The notes beneath the pieces are model-generated. The model made no database searches and was not told where the DNA came from. It saw nothing but the letters and a program-made list of their open reading frames with translations. Shown here piece by piece: positions 49,701 to 62,084 of a DNA stretch of 64,000 nt (positions are counted from its first letter, which is position 1; every line of letters begins with the position of its first letter). Both the position numbers and the translations under genes were made by a program. Origin of the DNA: Mustelus asterias (lineage: Eukaryota); NCBI RefSeq assembly GCF_964213995.1, contig NW_027590119.1, positions 186,001 to 250,000 of the forward strand, given 5' to 3'.

Positions 49701-51600
49701 TCTGTTTGGAACACCCCAAATACCCATCCAATTTCCTTTTTAATTGTTTATTGTCTCCACTTCCTCCACCCTCATAGACAGCGAGTTTCAGGTCATTACC
49801 ATTCGCTGCATCAGAATATTCTTCCTCACATCTCCCCCCTCAATTCCCCCCCCACCCCACTGCCCCCCCCAGCCCCCCACTCCCCCTCCCTTGCATCTCT
49901 AACCCAAAACAAGAAATCTGTGTCCCCCCTCGTCCTTGTCCCATCAGCTAATGGGAACAGCTTTTCTTTGTCCACCTTATCTAAACCTGTCAGAATCTTG
50001 TCCACCTCTATCAAATCTCCCCTCAACCTCCTTTGCTCCAAGGAAAACAACCCCAGCCTGACATTGACAATAAAGAACAAACTAACAGAATATGTTAATA
50101 CCTGAAATCAAATGGGAATGTTTAATTTCTGTTTTAAAGATATTGTGAATGTATTGTCCTGGACAATAAAGGAATTGGAATAACTCACCTTGGGTGTGGT
50201 TGAATGGAATATATCAATCTGATATCCACCAACAGTCCAGTGAAAGTCTGGAATGTGTAGCTGGAAGTCCCTTCCTAACAGCACTGTGGATGTACGTGCA
50301 CCTCAGGCATTGCAGCAGTTCATGAAGGCACCCTTGGGGTTGGGGTTGACCATGGCCAAGGCAGCTACATACAGCCACATATTCTGTTATAATTGAAGGA
50401 CTGCAGATTGAATGTGAGGCATTGTGGGACTGGACTATCTTGACCACATTCCTGTGACTGCCCGGAAACTCATGTGTCTATTTTAAAGCACAAAGAACAA
50501 TACAGCACAGGAACAGGCCCTTCGGCCCTCCAAGCCTGCACCGATCATGTGTTCCTAACGAGACCATCCGTTTGTATCCCTCTATTCCCAGTCTGTTCAT
50601 GTGGTTATCTAGATAAGTCTTAAATGATCCTAGCGTGTCAGCCTCAACCACCTTGCTTGGTAGTGCATTCCAGGCCCCCACCACCCTCTGTGTAAAATAC
50701 GTCCCCCGCATATCTGTATTGAACCTTGTCCCCCTTATCTTGAACTTGTGACCCCTTGTGTTTGTTCTTTCTGACCTGGGAAAAAGCTTCCAACTGTTCA
50801 CCCTATCTATGCCCTTCATAATTTTATAAACTTCTATTAGGTCGCCCCTCAACCTCTGTTTTTCCAGGGAGAACAACCCTAGTTTACTCAATCTCTCCTC
50901 ATAGCGAATACCCTCCATACCAGGCAACATCCTGGTAAACCTTTTCTGCACTCTCTCCAAAGCCTCCACGTCCTTCTGGTAGTGTGGTGACCAGAACTGG
51001 ACGCAGTATTCCAAATGTGGCCGAACCAACGTTCTATATAACTGCAACATCATATGCCAACTTTTATACTCTATGCCCCTTCCAATAAAAGCAAGCATGC
51101 CATATGCCTTCTTCACCACCCTTTCCACCTGTGTTGCCACCTTTAAGGTTCTGTGGACTTGCACATCCAGATCCTTCTGCGTGTCTATACTCCTGATGGT
51201 TCTGCCATTTATTGTATAGCTCCCCCCCCTGCATTAGATCTACCAAAATGCATCACTTCGCATTTATCTGGATTAAATTCCATCTGCCATTTCTCCGCCC
51301 AATTTTCCAGCCTATCTATATCCTGCTGTATTCTCTGACAATGTTCATCACTATCCGCAACTCCAGCAATCTTTGTGTCATCCGCAAACTTACTAGTCAG
51401 ACCAGCTACATCTTCTTCCAAATCATTTATATATATCACAAACAGCAGAGGTCCCAGTACAGAGCCCTGCGGAACACCACTAGTCACAGACCTCCAATCA
51501 GAAAAAGACCCCTCCGCTGCTACCCTCTGTCTTCTATGGCCAAGTTAGAAGTTTAACAACACCAGGTTAAAGTCCAACAGGTTTATTTGGGAGCAAAAAG

Positions 51601-51645
51601 CCACACAAGCTTTCGGAGCTCTTAGCCCCTTCTTCAGGTGAGTGG
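51601..51645 (-). ncRNA. Minimal type I hammerhead ribozyme motif
   Basis: Exact reverse complement of 52667-52711. Confidence 0.75.
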
Positions 51646-52666
51646 GAATTCTGTTCACAAACAGAGCTTATAAAGACACAGACTCAATTTACTTGAATAA
51701 TGGTTGGAATGCGAATACTTACAACTAATCAAGTCTTTAAGAAACGAAACAATGTGAGTGGAGAGAGCATCAAGACAGGCTAAAAAGATGTGTATTGTCT
51801 CCAGACAAGACAGCCAGTGAAACTCTGCAGGTCCACGCAACTGTGGGAGTTACAAATAGTGTGACATGAACCCAATATCCCGGTTGAGGCCGTCCTCGTG
51901 TGTGCGGAACTTGGCTATCAGTTTCTGCTCAGCGACTCTGCGCTGTTGTGTGTCGCGAAGGCCGCCTTGGAGAACGCTTACCCGAATATCAGAGGCCGAA
52001 TGCCCGTGACCGCTGAAGTGCTCCCCAACAGGAAGAGAACAGTCTTGCCTGGTGATTGTCGAGCGGTGTTCATTCATCCGTTGTCGCAGCATCTGCATAG
52101 TTTCCCCAATGTACCATGCCTCGGGACATCCTTTCTTGCAGCGTATCAGGTAGACAACGTCTACAACCTGATGCAAGAAAGGATGTCCCGAGGCATGGTA
52201 CATTGGGGAAACTATGCAGACGCTGCGACAACGGATGAATGAACACCGCTCGACAGTCACCAGGCAAGACTGTTCTCTTCCTGTTGGGGAGCACTTCAGC
52301 GGTCACGGGCATTCGGCCTCTGATATTCGGGTAAGCGTTCTCCAAGGCGGCCTTCGCGACACACGACAGCGCAGAGTCGCTGAGCAGAAACTGATAGCCA
52401 AGTTCCGCACACACGCGGACGGCCTCAACCGGGATATTGGGTTCATGTCACACTATTTGTAACTCCCACAGTTGCGTGGACCTGCAGAGTTTCACTGGCT
52501 GTCTTGTCTGGAGACAATACACATCTTTTTAGCCTGTCTTGATGCTCTCTCCACTCACATTGTTTCGTTTCTTAAAGACTTGATTAGTTGTAAGTATTCG
52601 CATTCCAACCATTATTCATGTAAATTGAGTCTGTGTCTTTATATGCTCTGTTTGTGAACAGAATTC

Positions 52667-52711
52667 CCACTCACCTGAAGAAGGGGCTAAGAGCTCCGAA
52701 AGCTTGTGTGG
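52667..52711 (+). ncRNA. Minimal type I hammerhead ribozyme motif
   Basis: CCACUCAC-CUGAAGA-A-GGGGC(UAAGA)GCUCC-GAAA-GC-UU-GUGUGG: intact core, stems I and II pair, palindromic AAGCUU stem III. Confidence 0.75.
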
Positions 52712-55359
52712 CTTTTGCTCCCAAATAAACCTGTTGGACTTTAACCTGGTGTTGTTAAACTTCTTACTGTGTTTACCCCAGTCCAACGCCGGCATCTCCA
52801 CATCATGACTTCTATGGCCAAACCAGTTCTGTACCCATCTAGCTAGCTCACCTTTGATCCTGTGAGATTTAACCTTTTGCACCAGCCTGCCATGAGGGAC
52901 CTTGTCAAATGCTTTACTAAAATCAATGTAGACGACATCCACGGCCCTTCCCTCGTCAGTCATTTTTGTCACCTCCTCAAAAAACTCAACCAAATTTGTG
53001 AGGCATGACCTCCCTCGCACAAAACCATGTTGTCTATCGCTAATGAGATTATTCAGTTCTAAATGTGTACAGATCCTATCTCTAAGAATCTTCGCCAACA
53101 ATTTCCCTACCACGGACGTCAAGCTCACTGGCCTATAATTACCCGGGTTATCCTTGCTACCCTTCTTAAATAACGGGACCACATTTGCTATTCTCCAATC
53201 CTCTGGGACCTCACCTGTGTCCAATGAAGAAACAAAGATTTTTGTGAGAGGCCCAGCAATTTCACCTCTTGTCTCTCTCAGTAACTGGAAGTCCCTTCCT
53301 AACAGCACTGTGGGTGTACGTACACCTCAAACATTGCAGCAGTTCAAGAAGGCACCCTTGGGGTTCACCATGGCCAAGGCAGCTATATACAGCAACATAT
53401 TCTGTTATAATTGAATGACTGCAGATTGAATGTGAGGCATTGTGGGACTGGACTATCTTGACCACATTCCTGTGACTGCCCGGAAACTCATGTGTCTATT
53501 TTAGTTTATAATTGAGGATTTCTGGGAATAAGTTAAATGCGGAAATATTAAGCATAGCCAGGAGGAATTTGGAATAACTGAGAATTTTATCCCCAGATAA
53601 AGAACAAAGATTTTGCCGGTGTTTGGGTGTAACGTGTTTGGGATTTTAAATCAACAAAGATGTTATAGAACATAGAACAGTACAGCACAGAACAGACCCA
53701 ATAATGGAATATATCAATCTGATATCCACCTACAGTCTAGTGAAAGTCTGGAATATGTAGCTGGAAGTCCCTTCCTCACAGCATTGTGGGTGTACGTATA
53801 CCTCAGGTATTGCAGCAGTTCAAGAAGGCACCCTTGGGGTTGGGGTTGACCATGGCCAAGGCAGCTACATACAGCCACATATTCTGTTATAATTGAAGGA
53901 CTGCAGATTGAATGTGAGGCATTGTGGGACTGGACTATCTTGACCATATTCCTGTGACTGCCCAAAAACTCATGTGTCTATTTTAGATTAAAATTGAGGA
54001 TTTCTGGGAATAAATTAAATGCGGAAATATTAACCATAGCCTGGAGGAATTTGGAATAACTGAGAATTTTATCCCCAGATAAAGAACAAAGATTTTGTCG
54101 GTGTTTGGGTGTAACGTGTTTGGGATTTTAAATCAACAAAGATGTTGCCTCTAAAATCAGTCCTTGTAAGTTGGCTTAAAAAAGGTTAAGTTATAATAAA
54201 GGATTTTGCATCTTATTTTAATCAAGGAGTTGTGAGCTTGTAGTGCTCTGTCGCTTTAAGGAGCTATAGCTGTGAGAGAGAATGCTGAGGATTCATTGTT
54301 TGAAATTTACGATCTGTGAGAATGTGTGTGTTTTGTTTGTTTTATGTGGATGTTTGTAGATGTGTTTTATCATTGTTTTGGACTACATTTGTTAAGGTTT
54401 ATCTTTCTGGTGGATTAACCTGATCTTCAATCTTTAATTAAAGGCATTTTTGGAAGTTTAAAAACAGGATCACAAGAGCGCTTAAGTAATTAATTTTGGT
54501 TATTGTTGTTGTAAAGCACATGTTAAGTTTCTCTGTTTGTGTGTGGATGATATTTGTGGGTTGAACGCTTCAAGCTTTGAGGTTTTCTGTCTGTGATTTA
54601 AATCAAACAGATTTTTAAAAAAGGAAGTGTGATCAATGAAACTTTTTTTGTTCAGAAGTTATGAACCTGGAGCCATATTTACTGGCCAGAGACAGGATTC
54701 CAGGATATTTTACAAAACATGTGGGAATTTTAATCCGGATACAATTCACCCATGTGAGAATGAGAGTTTTAATTTGTAATGGTTATTTAAAATTTGACAC
54801 ATGTGAAATGATTCTGACCAATCCTGTGTTGGATTGATCTTGGGTTAAACTTCCTGTCAGGTCCAAAAATTTATTCCTGACGCAAGTAACACAAAGAAAA
54901 GGAAAATTCTGGAATTGGATACTAAAGAAAAGAGTTTAAAAAGAGAGAGTATTAAATAGAAATGTTCCCAGACCATGTGGTGATTAGATTAAAACAAAGG
55001 AAGAGTGCTGACGTCCATTTGAGAACTTTTAATCCACCCCATTTCTATCTAAGGGAGTCTATGTACAAAGAAAGCCCAAGAAAGACCCCCCCAAGGGGGG
55101 GTCTGGAAAGCATCATGATGGGGGCATCTGTCCATGAGATGATCACAAAGCCCCATAATGCCCAGATACTAATTTTATTGAACCTATAATGTATGTAATC
55201 TATCACCATTCTGATTGGATTGTGTCCAGCCGGGATGGGCTGAGTAACTGGATAAGAATTGATGATATTCTGTGTTGGGTGGAGTTGCACATGGTCAGCC
55301 CCTGTGGCTTCTCCCCGCTGGCATAACTCAATAAACTGTTTGTCGATTGAATCAGGCAC

Positions 55360-56589
55360 AACACACTGGGTACATTACCACTTCATCCTTGGGAGTGGCC
55401 TGATAGGCTGTGGTCCAGACTAAATGTGGCCTCTGGGGGGCCTTTCATGAATCACATGTGTTTGGTCGTTGTAAATGTGCATTCAAAATGGTTGGAAGCA
55501 CAGATCAAGAGTAATATTCCAGCTCCTGTGACAATAGAGAAGCTCTGTCAAATTTTCACAAGCCCTGGGTTACCAGATTGGCTTGTTTCAGATAACGACA
55601 CTCTGTTTACAAGTGAGGTGTTTCAGGAATTCCTGTGTACTGTGAGGTGTTTCAGGAATTCCTGCGTACTGCACCGTTTCATCTGGCTACAAATGGTCTC
55701 ACAGAAAGAGCTGTTCAAACTCTGAAGGAGGGATTGAAAAGAATGGCAGGCGATACTTTAAGAACAAAGCTCTCAAGATTTTTGTTCCAGTTTCGCATCA
55801 CACCACAATCCACAACCGGACTCTCTCCTGTGGAATTTTTAGGTAGAAGGTTGAAGTCTCATCTGGACCTGCTTCACCCAGATCTCAGAGCAAAAGTGAG
55901 CAGGAGACAAGAGAAGCAGAAGGAGGGACACGACTACCGCGCCAAAGAGAGGCAGTTCAAACCGGGTGATCAGGTTTACATCAGAAACTTTGGGAGTAAT
56001 CAAATTTTAAACCAAAGTGGTCCAGTATCTTGGGTGGTGAGACTGTAAAACGGAAGAGTTGTTCGCAGACACCAAGACCATATTCGCTTGCGGTGTGACC
56101 CCGAGTCAGGAACAGTTTCAGAGTCAGCAACCATTACTGAGACCGTGGCAGAGGGTCATGCTGCTGTGGAAGTTCACCAGGAAATGGTTCCAGCTTTGCC
56201 AGTTGACTCTGCTGTGGGAGTGGAAGAGGAATGTTCATGTACAGATTCTCAAACTACCTCTTCACCTCCCATTCCAGAAACACCATTACAAGATTTACCA
56301 GTGGTATTGTACAGGTCGCAATGCAACCGCAAAGCTCCTGACAGACTTCCGTATTGTTAAAGACATTACTTTGTTGTATTTCTGTCCTGATGGGGGATTG
56401 AAATTTAAGGGGAGGAGAAGTGTTACAGAGTGTTCTTCACAACCTCTCTCCCTTCTGAGCACGTGCGGGCTTTGGGTGGGGTTTCAGTCTGCAAGTCCAG
56501 GCTGGTTCCAATGCTCCTGTTTCCTTTTGTTTGCCAATGATTTTTAAACTTTGTTATTTATTTATATAAAGAACATTCTGCTTTTAACA
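55360..56589 (+). mobile_element. Gypsy LTR retrotransposon 3' end (integrase, PPT, LTR)
   Basis: TAPFHLATNGLTERAVQTLK...FRITPQSTTGLSP; purine tract 56407-56420; TGTTA...TAACA at 56421-56589. Confidence 0.82.
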
Positions 56590-56849
56590 ATGCATTCGAC
56601 TACCTTATTTGTGGACTGAAGTTCCCACAATTGTAAAGCAGGAGATTAGTTAAATGGACAGCCTGAATTGAGAGACAATTAAAGAATAAATGATTCATTA
56701 ATACAGTTGTTAGGACGGAAATGTAAATTTGAACACAAAAGTTTTTAACTTTTAGAATTATAAACATAAGAATGGTTAAAATGCTGCGGGAATTATAAGA
56801 TATTGCCTTCTGATACCAACAGAATAGAAAAAACATGACAAGACTTGTT

Positions 56850-57310
56850 AGGGTGGCCCGGTGGCACACTGGATAGCACTGCTGCCTCACAGCGCCAGAG
56901 ACCTGGGTTTGATTCCCGGCTTGGGTGACTCTGTGGACTTTGCACGTTGTTCCTGTGTCTGCCTGGTTTTCTTCCGGGTGCTCTGGTTTCCTCCCACAGT
57001 CCGAAAGATGTGCTGGTTAGGTGCATTGACCATGCTAAATTCTCCCTCAGTGTACCCGAACAGATGCCAGAGTGCGGTGACTGGGGGATTTTCCCAGGAA
57101 CTTCATTTATTAGTGTCACAAGTCGGCTTACATTAACACTGCATTGAAGTTACTCTGAAAACCAGCATGTCTTTCGGACTGTGGGAGGAAACCGGAGCAC
57201 CCGAAGGAAACCCACGCAGACACGGGGAGAATGTGCATACTGTGACCCAAGCCGGGAGTCGAACCCAGGTCCCTGGCGCTGTGAGGCAGCAGTGCAAACC
57301 ACTGTGCCCT
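56850..57310. mobile_element. Two SINEs tail-to-tail (plus 56850-57130, minus 57140-57310)
   Basis: tRNA-like heads at both outer ends. Confidence 0.8.
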
Positions 57311-57889
57311 ACAGAGAGGTGTTGGGAGCTGTTGATTTTACAAGTTATCCATGTTTTCGGAGCCATCACTTCATGTCCTGGTCTGAAAAGGATAGAGAGA
57401 AATCTGTTCATAAGATCTTGGAGCAGAATTAGGCCATTCGGCCCATCGAATCATTCGATCATGGCTGATATGCTCCTCATCCCTAGTTCCTGCTTCTCCC
57501 CATAACATTTCATAAGTTCATACATTCAATTGTTAAAGCTGAGCTTTCTCCTTTTACTGTTAATCGATACTTTCCTTTTTTATCTTTCTGACTTGTTACA
57601 TTTTTAATGGTTAATAAACTTCCTGAATTCACCATTTAAAGTATTCTTTCGAGCCACATGGTTAAGTCACTGGAACCTGGTGTGATTTACAGTCATGGAG
57701 TTATTGTAAACAAGAGAACCTCATAAGTCTTAGTTCAAATAAATCACCATTCTCACAAATGGAATGCTATCCTTTATTATGAGAGAAATTGAACATTGAA
57801 GTAAAGATGTTCTGCTTCAGTTATACAGGGCGTTGCTGAGACTGCATCTTGAACACCGGGTGCAGCTTTGTCTCCAATTAAACAAAGGA

Positions 57890-58212
57890 TCGTAGGATCC
57901 CTGCAGTACAGACAGAGGCCATTCTGCCCATCGAGTCTGTACCAAACAGCATCCCACCCAGGCCCTATTCCCATAACCCCACACATTTACCCTGCTAATC
58001 CCCCCCGACACAAGGGTCAATTTAGCATAGCCAATCAACCTAACCCACACATCTTTGGACTGTGGGAGGAAACCGGAGCACCCGGATGAAACCCACACAG
58101 ACATGGGGAGAACGTGCAAACTCCACACAGACAGTGACCCAGGCTGGAATTGAACCTGGGTCCCTGGTGTTATGATGCAGCAGTGCTAACCACTGTGCTG
58201 CCGTGCTGCCCC
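57890..58212 (-). mobile_element. HE1-like SINE
   Basis: Head, body and tail as in other copies. Confidence 0.85.
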
Positions 58213-58620
58213 ATTTTATAAATACCATGGAAGCAGTTCAGAGGAGATTTACTAGATTGATTCCCAATCCAGTAGTGTGAAATGTTAACTCTGTTTCTCT
58301 CTCCACAGATGCTGCCAGACCTGCTGCGTTTTTCCAGTCCTTTCTGTATTTATTTCAGATCTACCTGTCGTGGGGGGAAAAACACTATTTACTATCCAGG
58401 ATAAAATAAATGTCCTTCATCAGCTTTTGTGGATCATTTCAGTGGCAATGTGCTCTCCCAGGCTCAAAGAGCATTAGCCCACTGGAAGCAAAGTCGTGCG
58501 ATCGGCCAGTCCAGCAGAAAGAATCTCTCCTACCCTTCCACTTCACCAACTATAAGAATAAACATGGTTCAGTCCTGGATGTGATTAATGGCAGGAATAA
58601 CAGCAGAATCCAACCTGTCA

Positions 58621-59295
58621 TCACTTGTGAACTTGCTGGTGTGCCCGCAGGCTGGATGACTGAGTGAATCCCTTCCCACACACACAGCAAGTGAATGGTC
58701 TCTCCCCGGTGTGAACTCGCTGGTGTATCCGCAGGTGGGATGATGTTCTAAATCTCTTTGAGCAGTGAGAGCAGCTGAACGGTCTCTCCCCAGTGTGAGT
58801 GCGCTGGTGAATCATCAGTTCCCGAGAGCTTTTGAAATCACGCCCACAGTCAGAGCATTTAAACGGTCTCTCATTGGTGTGAGTGAGATTGTGGTTCTGC
58901 AGGCTGGATGACTGAGTGAATCCCTTCCCACACACAGAGCAGGTGAACGGTCTCTCCCCAGTGTGAACTCGCTGGTGTATCCGCAGGTGGGATGATGCTC
59001 TAAATTTCTTTGCGCAGTGAGAGCAGCTGAACGGTCTCTCCCCAGTGTGAATGCGCTGGTGGATAATCAGTTCCCGAGAGCTTTTGAAACCACTCCCACA
59101 GTCAGAGCATTTAAAGGGTCTCTCCTGGCTGTGAGTGACTTTGTGTTTTGACAGGTTAGATAACTGCGTAAATCCTTTCCCACACACAGAGCAGATGAAT
59201 GGCCTCTCCCCGGTGTGACTGCGTCGATGAATTTCCAGTTTACAGGGGGCTCTGTATCTCTTCCCACAGTCCCCACATTTCCACGGTTTCTCCAT
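58621..59295 (-). CDS. C2H2 zinc-finger protein J, 8 fingers
   Basis: Intact MEKPWKC...HQQVHK*, with full family 3'UTR (58375-58620). Confidence 0.9.
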   Translation of the reverse strand: MEKPWKCGDCGKRYRAPCKLEIHRRSHTGERPFICSVCGKGFTQLSNLSKHKVTHSQERPFKCSDCGSGFKSSRELIIHQRIHTGERPFSCSHCAKKFRASSHLRIHQRVHTGERPFTCSVCGKGFTQSSSLQNHNLTHTNERPFKCSDCGRDFKSSRELMIHQRTHTGERPFSCSHCSKRFRTSSHLRIHQRVHTGERPFTCCVCGKGFTQSSSLRAHQQVHK

Positions 59296-60098
59296 GGTGC
59301 GGGTGTCCTTGTGACTCTCCAGGTTAAACAATCAGTTAAATCTCACACAGAACACGGGTACAGTCTCTCCCCGCTGTGAATGCTGCGATGTACTTTCAGG
59401 CTGTGTAACTGGTTAAAGCTCTTTCCACACTCAGTGCAGTGGAACACTCTCACTCGGGTGTATCTGTGCCTTGGTGCTTTTCCAGTCACATTGATATTAA
59501 AGGCCTGTTGACGCAGACAGAACAGGGAAACATTTCTCCTTCCAGATTCAAAGGCCGATAATATTCAGGTCCGATGAATTGAGTGAGGGTGTCAGATGCT
59601 GATGTGACGTTTGTTTCAATCCTCTGTCTGTCAATCCTCACCTTCTCATATCCTGTAAACGAGTTTGGAAAATTCATCAATGTCAGCACAGGATAGAAAT
59701 TCAGAACAGACTATTCTAGTTTCTATGGAACATTCTTTCCTCTCTCATTCCCGAAAAGCTGTAAATCTCCATTCCACACACTCTCCCTCCATTCTCACTC
59801 TGCTGTATCTAATATTCACCCTCCCAATTCTCCTGAAGGTGCTGATTGAGGCTGATTGACAGATCCATGCTCACTGCTTCCTCTCCTGGACACAGGGAGC
59901 TGAAAATCTCCCTGCAGGCTGCCAGACAGATATTTGTCTAAATTACTGGGCTAACAATGTGTGGAACATACCGACTGGATTCACTTCCTTTCCCTTCAGT
60001 TGCTGCAAGTTCCCAATTTCCCCCAGAATGAGAAAAGAAATGGAAAGGGGAGGAAAAGAAAGTGTTTCACTCACAGATGTTGGCCTCTTTTAAGGCTT

Positions 60099-60170
60099 TG
60101 CATTGGCCAGGAATACGAACCCAGGCCTCCCGCGGGGCAGGTGAGAATTCTACCACTGAACCACCAATAC
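60099..60170 (-). pseudogene. tRNA-Gly(GCC) pseudogene
   Basis: GTATTGGTGGTTCAGTGGTAGAATTCTCACCTGCCCCGCGGGAGGCCTGGGTTCGTATTCCTGGCCAATGCA; matches vertebrate tRNA-Gly-GCC, with an anticodon-stem mismatch, A37>C and a T-loop insertion. Confidence 0.85.
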
Positions 60171-60458
60171 TCAAGGGAGAGAAAACTGCTCAGTTCTTTC
60201 AACCAGTGCTTTCACATGCAAAGAAATGTTGATGATTTGCAGCAGCAAATTCAGTGCTGCTACACACACACAACACTGTTGGAGACAGGAGGAAGATTGA
60301 ATCTGCCCACTCCCCCATGCCCCGGGGCTGCGCATGTCCAAGGGAGAGAGGAAGCTGCGCATGTGCGGTGGAGTGCCCACCCCTGAGATGTTGACCAATG
60401 GGAACTCTGGAGGACCGGAAGGACTCTGGTCCTCCAGCCAATCAGAGCTCCCCCGTAT

Positions 60459-60800
60459 GGGCGGCACGGTAGCACAGTGGTTAGCACTGCTGCTTCACAG
60501 CTCCAGGGTCCTGGGTTCGATTCCCGGCTCGGGTCACTGTCTGTGTGGAGTTTGCACATTCTCCTTGTGTCTGCGTGGGTTTCCTCCGGGTGCTCCGGTT
60601 TCCTCCCACAGTCCAAAGATGTGCGGGTTAGGTTGATTGGCCAGGTTAAAAATTGCCCCATAGAGTCCTGAGATGTGTAGGTTAGAGGGATTAGTGGGTA
60701 AAATGTGTGGGGGTAGGGCCTGGGTGGGATTGTGGTCGGTGCAGACTCGATGGGCCAAATGGCCTCCTTCTGCACTGTCGGGATTCTATGATTCTATGAT
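60459..60800 (+). mobile_element. Full-length HE1-like SINE inserted in the J/K promoter
   Basis: gggcggcacggtagcacagtggttagc...attctatgattctatg. Confidence 0.9.
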
Positions 60801-60946
60801 TGTCTGAATGCGGAAGTGGACAATGAGCTTGTTCAGCTGCCCATTCCTGCCCAGCAAAGCTGCTGCTGCTTCTCTCTCTCTGAATGAAGATTGAGCTTCA
60901 GACACAGACTCAACCTTCCTCCTGTCTCTAATATCTGTGAGAGTGT

Positions 60947-61019
60947 GGGTCAGTGGCGCAATGGATAACGCGTCTGACTACGGATCAGAAGATTCCAGGT
61001 TCAACTCCTGGCTGGCTCG
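60947..61019 (+). tRNA. tRNA-Arg-ACG: tRNA-Arg(ACG)
   Basis: 73 nt GGGTCAGTGGCGCAATGGATAACGCGTCTGACTACGGATCAGAAGATTCCAGGTTCAACTCCTGGCTGGCTCG; two tolerated changes from the vertebrate sequence as I recall it; TTTT at 61051-61054. Confidence 0.93.
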
Positions 61020-62084
61020 ATGTCAATTTGAAAAATAGTTTGTGAGCTCCTTTTGACCTAAAAGAGGCCAACATCTGTGAGTAAAACACTTTCTTTGCTC
61101 CGCTTTTGCGTTTCTTTTGCATTCTGGGGGAAATTGGGGACTTGTTGAATTTTTAACTTCCAGGTCACCACTCGCTGCCTAAATAAAAATCCTCCTCACA
61201 TTCTTCATGTATCTGTAACCAGGTAACACAGTGCATTACACACATCATCAGTCCGCTCATTGATGTCCAAATGTAACACTTTAACGTGGCTGTCAGCTTG
61301 AAGATTAATCATGGATCATTTGCACTTCCACAACCCTCTGAGGCAGCGGGTTCCAGGTAATGACCTTTCTGCACCAAAATAAAATTCTTCCCCACATCCT
61401 TCCCTTTCTCCCAATCCAGTTATCCGGTCCCGCATATGGCACAGATTTTAATTTCTAGCGTGTAGGCCGGTCGTTACACGTAGATTTTCAGATCTCTGTG
61501 TCCAATATAGAAAGTGGTCAGCATGGATCCGTTAATCAGCCTGAATCAGCACCTTCAATAGACTTGGGAGGTTGTATGCTCAGGAGAGCACAGTGAGAAT
61601 TGAGGGAGAGTGTGTGGGATGGAGATTGACAGATTTTGGAGAATGAGAGAGGAAAGAATGTTCCATAGAAACTAGAATTGTCTGTTCTGAATTTCTATCC
61701 TGTACTGACAATGATGTCTGTTGTAAATTCCTTTCATAGATATCAGGAGGTGAGGATTTACAGACAGAAATTTCAAACTAAACATCACATCAAGATTTGA
61801 CAGAGCCATTCGATTTATTGGGACCTGAATATCATCGACCTTTGAATCTAGAAAAGCAATGTTTGTCTGATCTGTTTGCTTAAGGAGATTTTAAACATCA
61901 GTGTGACTGGAACACACCCGAGTGAGAGTGTTCCAGTCCACTGATAGTGGAAAGAGCTTTAACCAGTTACACAGGCTGAAACAACATTGCACCGTTTACA
62001 GTGAAGAGAGACCGTACACGTGTTCTGTGTGGACAAGGATTCAACTGATCATCAAACCTGGAGAGCCACAAGGACACCCGCATC

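Larger units (their letters stand above)
51544..52808. mobile_element. Penelope-like element: two inverted GIY-YIG/terminal arms
   Basis: VYLIRC..YIGET...RQRMNEHR...EQKLI..GLN GIY-YIG motif on both strands; duplication cttctatggccaa at 51531-51543 and 52809-52821. Confidence 0.9.
50485..53280 (-). mobile_element. 5'-truncated CR1 interrupted by a Penelope palindrome
   Basis: RT ORFs 50478-51164, 51209-51487 and 52810-53280. Confidence 0.92.

Noticed and set aside
60459-60535. tRNA-like heads here and in about nine other copies
   Set aside because: They continue into SINE bodies and LINE-type tails, so they are not tRNA genes.
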